A stretch of 64,000 nt of DNA from Limnochordia bacterium (GCA_050951545.1 JBMNJG010000016.1:94112-158111), one strand, 5' to 3'; shown: positions 34,653-45,404, counted from the stretch's first letter. The notes: generated by a model from the letters alone, not told the origin. Program-made: numbers and translations.

Positions 34653-34868
34653 ATGCGTAGGAATACCCCGAAGAGCCAGCGAAAGGGAATCACCCCACGG
34701 CGGGGAGATATTAGCACTCTGACGCGTATTGACAACCCAGATGACGGCGAGTACGCCGCCCCTTTGGCTCCTGGTGATCCCGACTCTCTCGTAGCCGCGG
34801 ATAACCCGGACGACATTGAAGACAGGGCAAGCAGAAAACGAGCCTCAAAAGATACCCAACGACCCTAA
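34653..34868 (+). CDS. Small acidic hypothetical protein
   Basis: AAGGAG RBS before the ATG; contains DNPDD twice. Confidence 0.5.
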   Translation: MRRNTPKSQRKGITPRRGDISTLTRIDNPDDGEYAAPLAPGDPDSLVAADNPDDIEDRASRKRASKDTQRP

Positions 34869-34927
34869 GCAGGCCTCCTGTATGGTATAATGACCCGACA
34901 GCAGTCAGTAGGAGGTCTGCAAGCCTA

Positions 34928-35389
34928 GTGGATGCACAGAGCCAGCGCGACACGCATTTCATGCGTAAGGCGCTGGCTGAGGCTATAATTGCTTTCGAAA
35001 AAGGCGAGGTTCCGGTGGGCGCGGTTGTGGTCAAAGAGGACTCCGTGGTGGGTCAAGGCCATAATCTGCGAGAAACGTGGGGCGACCCTACAGCTCATGC
35101 AGAGATCATCGCCATTCGTCAAGCTTCACAGCGTCTGTCTGCCTGGCGATTGACGGGTTGCATCCTGTATGTTACAATTGAGCCCTGTTTGATGTGCGCT
35201 GGTGCTCTAATTCTCGCGCGTATCGAGGGCCTTGTATACGGGGCTACCGACCCCAAAGCAGGTGCGGTCAGATCACTCTATCGTCCCTTGGAAGATAGAC
35301 GCCTCAACCATCAGGTGGTCGTTCGGGAAGGCGTGCTAGAAGCGGAGTGCGGCGATCTCATGCGTCGTTTCTTCCGTCAACTCAGATAG
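34928..35389 (+). CDS. tadA: tRNA adenosine(34) deaminase
   Basis: GEVPVGAVVV, DPTAHAE, EPCLMC and DPKAGA. Confidence 0.96.
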   Translation: MDAQSQRDTHFMRKALAEAIIAFEKGEVPVGAVVVKEDSVVGQGHNLRETWGDPTAHAEIIAIRQASQRLSAWRLTGCILYVTIEPCLMCAGALILARIEGLVYGATDPKAGAVRSLYRPLEDRRLNHQVVVREGVLEAECGDLMRRFFRQLR

Positions 35390-35417
35390 GTACACGTGCA
35401 GTTGATGACGGTGACAC

Positions 35418-35509
<92 letters not shown>

Positions 35510-35527
35510 CTACCCCAGAAGTAGAGG

Positions 35528-35556
35528 TTGCATTGACTGGCCAACACCTGTATAAC
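35528..35556 (+). promoter_or_regulatory. Putative sigma-A promoter of tRNA-Ser(GGA)
   Basis: TTGCAT-N17-TATAAC. Confidence 0.55.
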
Positions 35557-35584
35557 ATGTTTAGAGGCTGTTTCAGTGTGTTGT

Positions 35585-35674
35585 GGAGGAGTCGCGTAGT
35601 TGGCCTAGCGCACACGACTGGAAATCGTGCCACCTTGACGGGTGACGAGGGTTCGAATCCCTCCTCCTCCGCCA
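35585..35674 (+). tRNA. tRNA-Ser (GGA)
   Basis: GGAGGAG/CTCCTCC acceptor stem, anticodon loop CT-GGA-AA, long variable arm, GGTTCGAATCC and CCA. Confidence 0.95.
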
Positions 35675-35681
35675 ACAAGAG

Positions 35682-35710
35682 AAGAGCTGCCGGTTTTGGG
35701 CAGCTCTTTT
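35682..35710 (+). terminator. Intrinsic terminator after the tRNA-Ser genes
   Basis: AAGAGCTGCC-GGTTTTG-GGCAGCTCTTTT. Confidence 0.85.
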
Positions 35711-35859
35711 CATCCAACCCGTGGCAGGGGCTTGCCTTGCCGATGTGCAAATGATACTGCACGCGTCCTCAAAGGAGTACGCGTGTCGGCGGCCAACTAT
35801 TCGCCGACATGCCCGCGCAGCACGACATCATTTTCTAGGGAGTCTCCGGGGGTGGTGTA

Positions 35860-36585
35860 GTGGCATCGGCCCGCGAACACATCGCAAAGCTCTGGCAGCT
35901 GCAGCTTGTCGATATAGCCAAGCAAGCCTGTGAACATGCATTGGCAAACCCCACAACGCAAGCTGCCTACGACCGCCTGATGGCTTCGACACGTAAAATC
36001 CTCACACAAGCCAAGCACAGTGAAAGCACCTTGACCGCCGCGAGGCAGAAGCTACGTAGCCATGAGTTAGACTTAGCCTCCCTTTCGCAAGAGATAAAGT
36101 CGATGGAGGACCGCTTGTACAGCAGCGATACGAAGAGCACAAAAGAGCTTCGTAGCATCGAGCAACGGCTGCAGCTCAACAAGGTGCGGTGTGCCGAGAC
36201 CGAAGAACATGCGTTAGAGCTGATGGAGCAAATCGAAGAGATCAATGCGCAACTAGACGACCAGTGCCGCGAAGCGGAGAGTCTCGGACGTCAGCTGCGC
36301 CAAGCCAAAGCGGAACTGGACAGTGAACTCAACCAGATACGAGAAGATGCACAGCAAGCGGCGGAGCGGCGCGCTGACCTGCTGCGCGACATTGACCCCG
36401 CATGGCTAGAACGCTACGAAAAAATGCGTCGCCAAAGAGGCCCCGACGCAATCGCTCGCATTACCGACTCCATGTGTGAGGGGTGCCGCGTGCGCTTGCC
36501 CTTCTCACTTATCATGGCGGCAAGCACAGTCAGCACACCAACATTCTGCGAGAACTGCGGACGTATGCTATACGCCCCTAGTTGA
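35860..36585 (+). CDS. Coiled-coil protein with a C-terminal C4 zinc ribbon (DUF164-like)
   Basis: LWQLQLVD start, long heptad coil and CEGC..CENCGRML. Confidence 0.88.
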   Translation: MASAREHIAKLWQLQLVDIAKQACEHALANPTTQAAYDRLMASTRKILTQAKHSESTLTAARQKLRSHELDLASLSQEIKSMEDRLYSSDTKSTKELRSIEQRLQLNKVRCAETEEHALELMEQIEEINAQLDDQCREAESLGRQLRQAKAELDSELNQIREDAQQAAERRADLLRDIDPAWLERYEKMRRQRGPDAIARITDSMCEGCRVRLPFSLIMAASTVSTPTFCENCGRMLYAPS

Positions 36586-36642
36586 AGCAGGTACCTTATC
36601 ACGGATGGCTAACTCTTTGAATACAGATTCCTTTGAGGACGG

Positions 36643-36966
36643 ATGGTTATGAGCATATCGGACGGAACCTCCTATGATGCATGGCGCACCTGGACGCTTG
36701 ATGACGTCGTAAGGGAAACGGAAAAAATCCTACGCTTGGGCGAGTACCCGCCTAACGCCTCCTTCTCACCCATGGCATTGCACTACTATCGCGAAGGTAT
36801 ACTCCTAGAGCTACGGCATCGCAACGAGGCTTTTGCCACCACATGGCTCTCTGAGCATCCTAGCAAGGAGGCTTTGTGCCAATGGGCGGCAGAGCAAGCG
36901 ACCGCTTTTGTCAACCAAAGAAAAAGGTACAAGCGTCGTCTTCTGAGGCGCCGCGCGCAGTCATGA
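36643..36966 (+). CDS. Hypothetical protein
   Basis: 107-aa ORF with a GAGGA RBS, co-oriented with its neighbours. Confidence 0.55.
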   Translation: MVMSISDGTSYDAWRTWTLDDVVRETEKILRLGEYPPNASFSPMALHYYREGILLELRHRNEAFATTWLSEHPSKEALCQWAAEQATAFVNQRKRYKRRLLRRRAQS

Positions 36967-37030
36967 GAAGGCAGATGAAGCCACTCACTCTTGGCCGGGA
37001 TTGGATGTCCAGAAGCAGGGGATCACATAT

Positions 37031-37711
37031 ATGAGTAACTCGAACCACAGCGAAGAGACCTTTGGCGGTCTCATTGCTGACACAATGGAGCTACCAAAGG
37101 TCGCCCCTCCCACAGACCAGACCCAAAACGCAGCCGCTAGTTCAAGACGCTCACGGTTGCTGATCGCCTCGCTTGCCGTTATTGGCAGCTTTGTTCTGGG
37201 ACTCGGAGTGCGCATGGCCATCAACCTGCCCTACATTCTGGAAAAGGTTGAGGAAGCAAGGCCCACTCCTTCAGAGGCTGTAACCGCTGCCGCCCCCGTC
37301 GGGCAAGGCACTGACATCATACACGAGCTAGGCCGAGGAATCGAAGTGCCCATTTTCGTTGAGCAGGTGCTCCCGTTTGTCCCTCAAGGAGATGCTCACA
37401 GGTACCGAGTCTTGGGTGGTTACCTACTCGATGCTGACGGCAACGCCGACCGAACACTGCCGCTGATGGTAGTTTTCTTGCGGACCAGCTTGGAATGGGG
37501 TGTCAAACCCAAAGACACAGTGTTGATCGAAGGGCTTGTCGTGATGGCCAATGAAACTGAACGAGTGGCCGCCACACTTATGACGCCTGAACAGGAAAAA
37601 GACCTGGCATACATCGCTCAGCGGATTAATCACTGGGACAGAGTCACAGTGCTGGGCGCGTCTGCCAGGCTATACGACATCCCGGAGTCTGATGAAACTA
37701 CGCTAGATTAG
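37031..37711 (+). CDS. Hypothetical membrane-anchored protein
   Basis: One TM helix (LLIASLAVIGSFVLGLGV) followed by a beta-rich domain. Confidence 0.6.
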   Translation: MSNSNHSEETFGGLIADTMELPKVAPPTDQTQNAAASSRRSRLLIASLAVIGSFVLGLGVRMAINLPYILEKVEEARPTPSEAVTAAAPVGQGTDIIHELGRGIEVPIFVEQVLPFVPQGDAHRYRVLGGYLLDADGNADRTLPLMVVFLRTSLEWGVKPKDTVLIEGLVVMANETERVAATLMTPEQEKDLAYIAQRINHWDRVTVLGASARLYDIPESDETTLD

Positions 37712-37712
37712 A

Positions 37713-38933
37713 TCACTTTCCGAACGATACGCCCATGGAAAAGGCCCGTTGAGGCTCCTCCCCATATGGAAAGACCACATCGTACGAGTAGTTGAGGTCA
37801 ACTCCATGTACAATGGCTACCCGAGCCTGCGCACCGAGGTGACGATAGAGGTCGCTCGATTCTAGGGCTGCAGACTCTTGCGTGTAGGTGGCGCGCAATT
37901 GCGACTCGCGACCTGTGATCGCCCGCAGCCCTGGTCCTTGCACTGCGAGAACGGCCGTAAGACGCGGACGACTGCTTCCTGCTGCCTTGTTCACTTCGTG
38001 TTGCACAGAACCCGTGATACCTCCACCCAAGAGAGTAACCTCGGCACCCGCCAGATAGCCCACCGTGGGTGGCCCATCAGCTGGGTACTTGCTCCAGTCG
38101 ATTCCCCCTCCCTCATACCCCTTCGAAAATGGTGTCGGGACAAAACCAGCGTCCATACGCCTGAGCTCTGCCCGATACCGAAGAGCACCAATTCGTCCCC
38201 TAAAACCGACACCTTCACCCGCACCGTGCTCCTTGATACTCGCCGCGTGCGCATACAGCTCCAACATGGGATGGAGCGGATGGTAAGCGTCAACGGCCAC
38301 GGCAGAGAGTTCATTGTAGGGATAACCACCGCGCCCATCTCGGGCCATGCTGACGCCAAGAGTCAACGCATTCATGGCAGACATACGCTGCCCGAAGCTG
38401 GCAGGGCGCACGTAGAGGCGCACCGCATGCACGCCCGAAGCCAGTGTGTCACTCACCAGACTCTCGATTCCACCGAGTCCCATGTCTACGTCAGCCACCA
38501 ACCCGAGACGTCTAATACCAGACCCGGTATCGGTTGGCGATAGATTCGTGTAGTTCCCCACAAGAATGCCTGTACCAATCTCGGCATTGTACAACGTGCC
38601 GAATAAGAGATAGAGGGGATCACCCTTGTGCGCCCATCGGACGTAGCGGACACTGCGCCCCAAGACCTTCCCTAACGTATCCCAGTCCTGAGCCCTGATC
38701 CCCTCCGGGCCAATGTTGAGCGTCAGTTCCAAACCCAACCCCAACTTGCCTACGTGGATGTCTGGGTAGACAGACGTGGAGAGGTAAAAGTCATCACCAT
38801 ACCTGGCGACGCCTACCCCACCACCGATATGGAAATCCGGCTGGATAGCCAGCGCGGAAACGGAAGCCAGGGTGAACATGAGTACGAGCAGACGGGTCAT
38901 CAAACGCATGTTCCATCGTTTCATCATCTTCAT
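37713..38933 (-). CDS. Secreted protein, candidate outer-membrane beta-barrel
   Basis: Signal peptide ending SALA, many alternating amphipathic strands, Gly/Tyr-rich, and a C-terminal FSMGVSF strand. Confidence 0.6.
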   Translation of the reverse strand: MKMMKRWNMRLMTRLLVLMFTLASVSALAIQPDFHIGGGVGVARYGDDFYLSTSVYPDIHVGKLGLGLELTLNIGPEGIRAQDWDTLGKVLGRSVRYVRWAHKGDPLYLLFGTLYNAEIGTGILVGNYTNLSPTDTGSGIRRLGLVADVDMGLGGIESLVSDTLASGVHAVRLYVRPASFGQRMSAMNALTLGVSMARDGRGGYPYNELSAVAVDAYHPLHPMLELYAHAASIKEHGAGEGVGFRGRIGALRYRAELRRMDAGFVPTPFSKGYEGGGIDWSKYPADGPPTVGYLAGAEVTLLGGGITGSVQHEVNKAAGSSRPRLTAVLAVQGPGLRAITGRESQLRATYTQESAALESSDLYRHLGAQARVAIVHGVDLNYSYDVVFPYGEEPQRAFSMGVSFGK

Positions 38934-39310
38934 CTCCGCTCGAGTAGCTCTACCTCATAGCCGTCTGGATCGGTAACAAAGGCCATCTTGTTTCCCGCAG
39001 CGAATTTCGCCCGCCAATCTGGCGGCCACACTTCAACGCCTTGCGACTCCAAGGTCGCGCAGAAAGCAGTGAGGTCGGGCACACCGATAGCGAAGTGCAT
39101 GAGATCCTCTTGAACCTGCAAATCGAAGTCAGGAGAGTAACACAGCTCGAGGGCCACTGCATTGCCAGGCAACTCCAGAAAAGCCAGCTGATTCCCCGCT
39201 GGAGAGCGCTCAGTGCGGCGTACCAGTTCAAAATGAAGGTGGTCACTGTACCATCGAATCGACTGCTCCAGGTCTGACACACGAATGCGCACGTGCAACA
39301 GCTTGTACAT
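38930..39310 (-). CDS. VOC/glyoxalase I (lactoylglutathione lyase-like) protein
   Basis: LLHVRIRVSDLEQSIRWY, LELCY, HFAIGV and FVTDPDGYEVEL. Confidence 0.9.
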   Translation of the reverse strand: MYKLLHVRIRVSDLEQSIRWYSDHLHFELVRRTERSPAGNQLAFLELPGNAVALELCYSPDFDLQVQEDLMHFAIGVPDLTAFCATLESQGVEVWPPDWRAKFAAGNKMAFVTDPDGYEVELLERR

Positions 39311-39437
39311 CCCTTTCGCCTCCTCGTAACGAAAGCTCCCTACCGATGGTGCACGTTACGGCGAACACCTGCCGCAGCCGCGTCGACTCTTCGCGCGTAG
39401 TTGGTCGCCGACACGCGTACTCCTCAGTCGATCGTCT

Positions 39438-40118
39438 CTAGCGTACCGACAGATAGGGACTGTCTATCACGACGAACCGCCACGGTAGCTTAGCCCATGC
39501 CCCAGCATAGTCCACGTTGATACGGGGCGTGCTGGCTACCTCATCATCACTGTACACCCTGCCCCTCAAGATGAAGAGCTGGTCACCACATAGATCAATG
39601 CCGTAATGCAATCTGCGGTTGATACCCATGGCTTGCGTGAGCTTTCCCGGCCCGCTGCACAGCTTCTGCAGAGCACCCTTGGTCTGCAAATCTAGACCCC
39701 GGCGTCGGGCCATAAGCGAATGCCCCTGAGTCGGTTCTAACGCCCGCACGAGTACAGCCTCAGGAGCCCCCTTCTCACCTCCTACGACGTTGAAACACTC
39801 GTGTATCCCGTAGATAAGATACACATAGGCATGTCCCTCCGGCCCGTACATGGCTTCGTTGCGCGGTGTTCGACGTCTGGCGTAGGTATGCGCAGCCTTG
39901 TCTAATGGACCCCTGTAAGCCTCGGTTTCGACAATCACACCAGCAGTTCTGCCCTCTGGCGAGTCATGTACGAGCACACAACCCAGCAGCTCACGAGCCA
40001 ACGCCAGAGCATGTCTCCGAAAAAACTCCCTCAATAGCCTGATGGCTGGCGCCCCCCCACTTCCTACCGCGTGTAGGTATTTTCGTGCATAGGCCTTCCT
40101 TCTCCTGGCGTTCATCAT
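39438..40118 (-). CDS. 3-methyladenine DNA glycosylase (Mpg/AAG family); true start may lie up to about 80 nt downstream
   Basis: LARELLG, IVETEAY, AYVYLIYG.H.CFN, AVLVRALEP, SGPGKL and PWRF. Confidence 0.93.
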   Translation of the reverse strand: MMNARRRKAYARKYLHAVGSGGAPAIRLLREFFRRHALALARELLGCVLVHDSPEGRTAGVIVETEAYRGPLDKAAHTYARRRTPRNEAMYGPEGHAYVYLIYGIHECFNVVGGEKGAPEAVLVRALEPTQGHSLMARRRGLDLQTKGALQKLCSGPGKLTQAMGINRRLHYGIDLCGDQLFILRGRVYSDDEVASTPRINVDYAGAWAKLPWRFVVIDSPYLSVR

Positions 40119-40141
40119 CTCCCGGCCAGCGAAGAGGGCAA

Positions 40142-40170
40142 TTGACATCTAGGTTCCGTCCCCGTACAAT
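40142..40170 (+). promoter_or_regulatory. Sigma-A promoter of the leuS leader
   Basis: TTGACA-N17-TACAAT. Confidence 0.8.
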
Positions 40171-40236
40171 GTGGATAGGTTATTGCCCAAAAGGGCAGGC
40201 GGCGTAGGTTCATCCGTGGCCGCTCATGATATTCAT

Positions 40237-40493
40237 GGCAATGATCGGGAGTAGTAGTGGTAGGCACGAGAACAGAGAGTCGGCGGAAGGTGCAAGCCGA
40301 GGTCGCTGCTGCCACCAAACTCGCCCGTGAGCCTCGACGGGGATCCGCAGCGTAAGCTGCGCTACTCGACGACGGTGGCCCCCGATATACGGCATTCGAA
40401 GCGGGCCGTGCAAAGATACTGCACATGGCCAAACAGGGTGGTACCGCGGGAGTCTGTGGCCCTCTCGTCCCTCGTGACGAGAGGGCCTTTTTT
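40237..40493 (+). ncRNA. T-box riboswitch (Leu specifier CUC) with terminator
   Basis: Stem I with AGTAGTAG, AGAGAG and GGTGCAA; specifier AAA-CTC-G at 40320; T-box AACAGGGTGGTACCGCG; terminator GGCCCTCTCGTC..GACGAGAGGGCC-TTTTTT. Confidence 0.92.
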
Positions 40494-40541
40494 GCTTACA
40501 CGATAAGCCCGTGTGAAAAGGACCGAGGAGGTTGCAGTCAT

Positions 40542-42999
40542 ATGAGTGTGACAGAACCAGCCATTCGGCGGGCAGGCGAATACACGCCTGCCGACATTGA
40601 GCCCAAGTGGCAGAAGTACTGGGATGAGCACAAGACCTTTCGTACCCCACGAGTTCCAGGAAAGAACAAATACTACATCCTTGACATGTTTCCCTATCCG
40701 TCCGGATCAGGTCTCCATGTTGGGCACCCTGAGGGCTACACGGCTACCGACATCCTGGCCCGCTACAAGCGAATGCGTGGCTATGACGTCCTCCACCCCA
40801 TGGGTTGGGATGCCTTTGGCTTGCCCGCTGAGCAGTACGCTCTCGATACCAAACAGCATCCACGCCCTTTCACCGAACGCAACATTGCGACGTTTAAGCG
40901 TCAGATCAAGTCTCTGGGTTTCTCCTACGATTGGGACCGAGAGTTCAGCACAACCGATCCGGATTATTACATGTGGACTCAGTGGATCTTCCTGAAGCTA
41001 TACGAGATGGGCCTAGCCTACATGGCAGAGATGCCCGTTAACTGGTGCCCCGCTCTGGGAACAGTCCTCGCCAACGAGGAAGTGATCGATGGCAAGAGTG
41101 AACGGGGCAACCATCCCGTCATTCGCAAGCCAATGCGTCAGTGGGTGCTCAAGATCACGGCCTATGCCGATCGTCTCCTCGATGATCTCGAGGAGCTAGA
41201 CTGGCCAGAGAACATCAAAGAGATGCAGCGTAACTGGATCGGACGCTCTGAAGGAGCCGAAGTCGTCTTCAGCATTGCCGATCACCCCGGCCTGGAGATA
41301 GAAGTGTTCACAACCCGAGCAGACACTCTGTTCGGAGCCACCTACTGCGTGCTCGCCCCCGAACATGAGCTCCTGGAGCAGATCACCACGGCATCACAGC
41401 GTACAGCCGTAGAGGCCTACAGACACAAGGCAATGACCAAGAGTGAACTCGAGCGGACACAACTTGACCGAGAGAAAACAGGTGTCTTTACGGGTGCCTA
41501 CGCGATCAACCCCGTCAATGGCCAGAGGATTCCTGTCTGGGTGGCAGACTACGTACTCGCCTCCTATGGCACTGGTGCTATCATGGCTGTGCCAGGTCAT
41601 GATCAGCGCGACTGGGAGTTCGCCCGCAAGTACGGGCTTCCCATCATTGAGGTGGTGTCGGGGGGAGACATCAGCGAAGAAGCCTTCTGTGGTGATGGAA
41701 CCATGGTCAATTCCGGTATGCTCAATGGCCTACCCGTCGAAAAGGCGCAAAAGGTTATAGACTGAGTGGCTGGAAGAGAACGGCAAAGGCAAGCACAAGA
41801 TCACCTATCGTCTGCGCGATTGGCTGTTTAGCCGGCAGCGCTACTGGGGAGAACCCATCCCTGTCCTTCATCTCGAAGATGGCACGATTCGTCCCCTGTC
41901 GGAAAATGAACTACCCTTGCTGTTGCCCGACGTGGATGAGATCACGCCTTCAGGCACAGGCGAATCGCCGCTTGCCAGCGTACGCGAATGGCTGAATGTG
42001 GTCGACCCGGTTACAGGGAAGAAAGCTCGGCGCGAGACCAACACCATGCCACAATGGGCTGGTAGCTGCTGGTATTACCTGCGCTTCATCGACCCCAAGA
42101 ATGACAAAACGCTCGTCGACCCTGACCTGCAGGAAAAATGGCTTCCTGTCGATCTGTATGTGGGCGGGGCTGAACACGCCGTACTCCATCTGTTGTACGC
42201 CCGCTTCTGGCATAAGGTGCTCTATGATCTCGGCATCGTCTCCACCAAGGAGCCTTTCCAGCGACTTGTCAATCAGGGGATGATTCTCGGAGAGAACGGC
42301 GAGAAGATGAGCAAGTCACGGGGTAATGTGATTAACCCCGACGATATCGTTGCGTCACATGGGGCCGATACGCTTCGCCTCTATGAGATGTTCATGGGTC
42401 CCTTGGAGGCTGCCAAGCCGTGGAGTACCACAGGCGTGGAAGGCGTCCATCGCTTCCTTCGACGCGTGTGGCGTCTTTTTGTCACGGAGGAAGGTCTACT
42501 CAACCCGGCAATCACGGTCTGGGAAAAGGACAGCCCACCCCTGGAGCGCATCTACCACAAGACCGTCAAGAAGGTCACACACGATATCGAAGGCCTTCGC
42601 TTCAACACTGCCATCTCGCAGATGATGGTTTTCATGAATGAAGCGTATCAGCAAGAGAGTCTGCCGAAGCATTTCATGGAAGGGTTTGTCCTTCTGCTAT
42701 CCCCCTTTGCCCCCCACATCGCCGAAGAGCTTTGGCAGTGCCTCGGACACGACCGCACTTTAGCCCATGAGCCGTGGCCCACATATGATGAGGCCCTTAC
42801 GGTCGATGACGAGGTAGAGATTGTTCTGCAGATCAACGGCAAGATCCGTGACAAAGCAATGGTACCAGCTGATGCAGACAGGGAGTTTATTAAACAGGTG
42901 GCGATGGCCTCCGAGCGCATTCAGGCCGACCTCGCTGGCAGACAGGTACGGAAGGTCATTGTAGTGCCGGGCAAACTCTGCAACATCGTGGCTGGCTAG
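40542..42999 (+). CDS. leuS: Leucine--tRNA ligase, interrupted by a 1-nt frameshift at about 41760-41763
   Basis: [14 protein letters not shown] (HIGH) in the first frame. [26 protein letters not shown] and KMSKS continue in the +1 frame straight after the stop. Confidence 0.95.
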
Positions 43000-43016
43000 G
43001 CTAAGAGCACGCAGCA

Positions 43017-43056
43017 TCCCGCAATTCATCCCGCGGCATGGGATGAATTGCGGGGG
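43017..43056 (+). terminator. Hairpin after leuS
   Basis: CCCGCAATTCATCCC-loop-GGGATGAATTGCGGG; there is no U-tract. Confidence 0.55.
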
Positions 43057-43261
43057 AACACATCAAAGTGATAGAGCTCCTCGCGATCCTTGACCGCCAA
43101 AGCACTCGTAACCAACGCTTGCTCCAGCCCGAAGCGAATGGAAACTCGCAGGTTATACACACATCCCTGGCTCCTCTTGCGACTTCGTGGAGGGTTTCGC
43201 TCCCAATATGCCGAAAGCCCGTTCATTCCGTAGCAGCTGCTGATGACAAGGGGGGGGCCCA

Positions 43262-44026
43262 GTGCTCTTAGCGATCGATGTGGGCAACACGCATACAGTC
43301 TTGGGCAGCTTCCGAGGCGAGCAGCTTCTGGCTAGTTGGCGCATCGCCACCGACCGTCAGCGAACGGCTGACGAATACGGTGCGCTTCTTCTCCAGCTTC
43401 TCCGCAACAGCAATCTTGATCCTCGCGGAATCCGTGGAGTAGTCATCGCCTGCGTCGTCCCTCCTGCTCTCGAGACATTTACGGCTGTCGCTCGCACATA
43501 TCTGGCCTGTGAACCGCTCGTAGCCTCGACCCAGAATCGGTCAGGACTCCGTATTCTTTATGACCCTCCGCATGCCGTCGGAGCAGACCGCATAGCCAAC
43601 GCCGTCGCAGCGATGCACAAGTACCGACTACCTGCCATCATTGTCGATCTTGGCACCGCGATCACCTTCGATGTCGTCTCACAAGACGCTGAGTACCTGG
43701 GCGGGGCTATTACGCCGGGAATCCACATCTCCCTCGAAGCTCTCTCTGCCCGAGCAGCCAAACTGCCTCGCATTGAACTCCAAAGGCCAAGCAAGGCCAT
43801 TGGCACTACGACCGAAGAGAGTATGCAATCTGGGGTTGTCTTCGGCGCCGTCGGCACGGTAGACTCGCTCGTGACCCGGATCAAGGCGGAGCTGGCAGGC
43901 GAACCGATTGTCATCGCTACCGGAGGTCTGGCCAAGGCCATCGCCAGTGAATCCGAGGAAGTACAGGTAGTCGATGAGCAACTCACGTTGGACGGTCTGC
44001 GCCTGTTGTACGAGCTGAACAGGTAG
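43262..44026 (+). CDS. coaX: Type III pantothenate kinase
   Basis: LLAIDVGNT, VGADRIAN, VDLGTAITFD, GGAITPGI and VIATGG. Confidence 0.96.
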   Translation: MLLAIDVGNTHTVLGSFRGEQLLASWRIATDRQRTADEYGALLLQLLRNSNLDPRGIRGVVIACVVPPALETFTAVARTYLACEPLVASTQNRSGLRILYDPPHAVGADRIANAVAAMHKYRLPAIIVDLGTAITFDVVSQDAEYLGGAITPGIHISLEALSARAAKLPRIELQRPSKAIGTTTEESMQSGVVFGAVGTVDSLVTRIKAELAGEPIVIATGGLAKAIASESEEVQVVDEQLTLDGLRLLYELNR

Positions 44027-44050
44027 CCTTAACCCGCGGCGAGTCCCGCC

Positions 44051-45277
44051 TTAGGCCTGTTTCCGTCGAACCATCTCACCAATCCTGTCGAGCAGCAGAT
44101 GAGCCAGCTGACTCTTTTCCATAACAGGTAGCTCCTCAACACGCCCGTCGGGAAAGAGCAGTTTCACGCGGTTGGTGTCAACCTCAAAGCCAGCGTCGGG
44201 TGCTGTGACATCGTTAGCCACCATGAGGTCACAGTTCTTTCGCTGTAGTTTCTCACGGGCGTGGGCGACAAGTTTTTCAGTCTCTGCCGCAAAGCCGACA
44301 AGCACCTGCTGCTTTTTTAGTGTCCCCAGCTCGGAAAGAATGTCAGGGTTGGGCAGCAAGCGTAAAACCAACTCAGGATGTCCACTTTTCTTCATCTTCT
44401 GCTCGGCAGGCTCCGCTACGCGGAAGTCCGCTGGCGCTGCAGCTTTCACGCATGCGTCCACCTTTTCGAACTCCGCCAAGCAGGCTTCCCGCATCTCGAG
44501 GGTAGTCTGCACACGAACAATCTTTACTCCTGCTGGAGCTGACTGTGCGCTAGGACCGCTTACCAGCGTCACCTCTGCGCCGCGCGCCTGGGCGGCTGCC
44601 GCGATGGCATAGCCCATCTTCCCTGACGAGCGATTTCCGACAAAACGGACTGGGTCGATCGGTTCGTAGGTCGGCCCCGCCGTAACCAATAGTCGCAGAC
44701 CTTGCCAGTCACTGGCTCGTCCCAGTACGTCCACTGTCACCTGAAATACCTCTTCCGGATCTACCATGCGCCCCCAACCCTCTTTTCCTTTGCGAGCAAG
44801 GGGACCGCGTCCTGGACCCGCAAAGTGGAAGCCCCGAGAGCGCAACTTCGCTACGTTCTCCTGTGTAGCGGGATTGGCCCACATGTCCGAATCCATGGCT
44901 GGAGCCAATATGATGGGCGCAGTAGAAGCCAATACCACCGTGCACAAAGCATTATCCGCTATGCCATGTGCGATCTTGGCCATAGTATTGGCCGTAGCTG
45001 GCGCAACGACAATGGCGTCGCAGCTATCGGCAAGGTACAAATGCTGCATGAGCCCCTCTTTGGGCTCGTCGAAGACATCGATAGCTACCGGACGATACGA
45101 TAGTTCACGAAACGTCAAAGGCTGTACAAATTCTGTCGCAGCGTGCGTCATCGCTACAGATACTTCGGCTCCTGCCTTTACCAGCAAGCGCAGCAGCTCG
45201 ACGGCCTTATAAGCCGCCATGCCTCCCGTTACACCTAACAGAATGCGTTTCCCACTCAGACTACCCAATCTCCCCAC
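44051..45277 (-). CDS. coaBC: Bifunctional phosphopantothenoylcysteine decarboxylase/synthase
   Basis: GVTGGMAAYK, APATAN, PAM, TAGPT.EPIDPVRF..NRSSGKMG and VGFAAET. Confidence 0.96.
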   Translation of the reverse strand: MGRLGSLSGKRILLGVTGGMAAYKAVELLRLLVKAGAEVSVAMTHAATEFVQPLTFRELSYRPVAIDVFDEPKEGLMQHLYLADSCDAIVVAPATANTMAKIAHGIADNALCTVVLASTAPIILAPAMDSDMWANPATQENVAKLRSRGFHFAGPGRGPLARKGKEGWGRMVDPEEVFQVTVDVLGRASDWQGLRLLVTAGPTYEPIDPVRFVGNRSSGKMGYAIAAAAQARGAEVTLVSGPSAQSAPAGVKIVRVQTTLEMREACLAEFEKVDACVKAAAPADFRVAEPAEQKMKKSGHPELVLRLLPNPDILSELGTLKKQQVLVGFAAETEKLVAHAREKLQRKNCDLMVANDVTAPDAGFEVDTNRVKLLFPDGRVEELPVMEKSQLAHLLLDRIGEMVRRKQA

Positions 45278-45404
45278 CTACCTGCTCGGTAGACATAGCT
45301 ATATGTCCACCATGATATCTCTTCGCCCTCTTCTGCCTCCGAGTGGCCAGTCCCTCTCGCGTTGGACCCCGGATGTAGCAGGAAGCAGAGCTCGGTGGGC
45401 GAAA

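Noticed and set aside
41917-42999. Separate LeuRS beta-subunit gene
   Set aside because: The coding frame continues upstream of this TTG back to the frameshift and has no RBS; a single indel explains it.
43026-43350. Small ORFs or an ncRNA between leuS and coaX
   Set aside because: No RBS, motif or recognisable RNA family; only a hairpin and one isolated TTATACACA.
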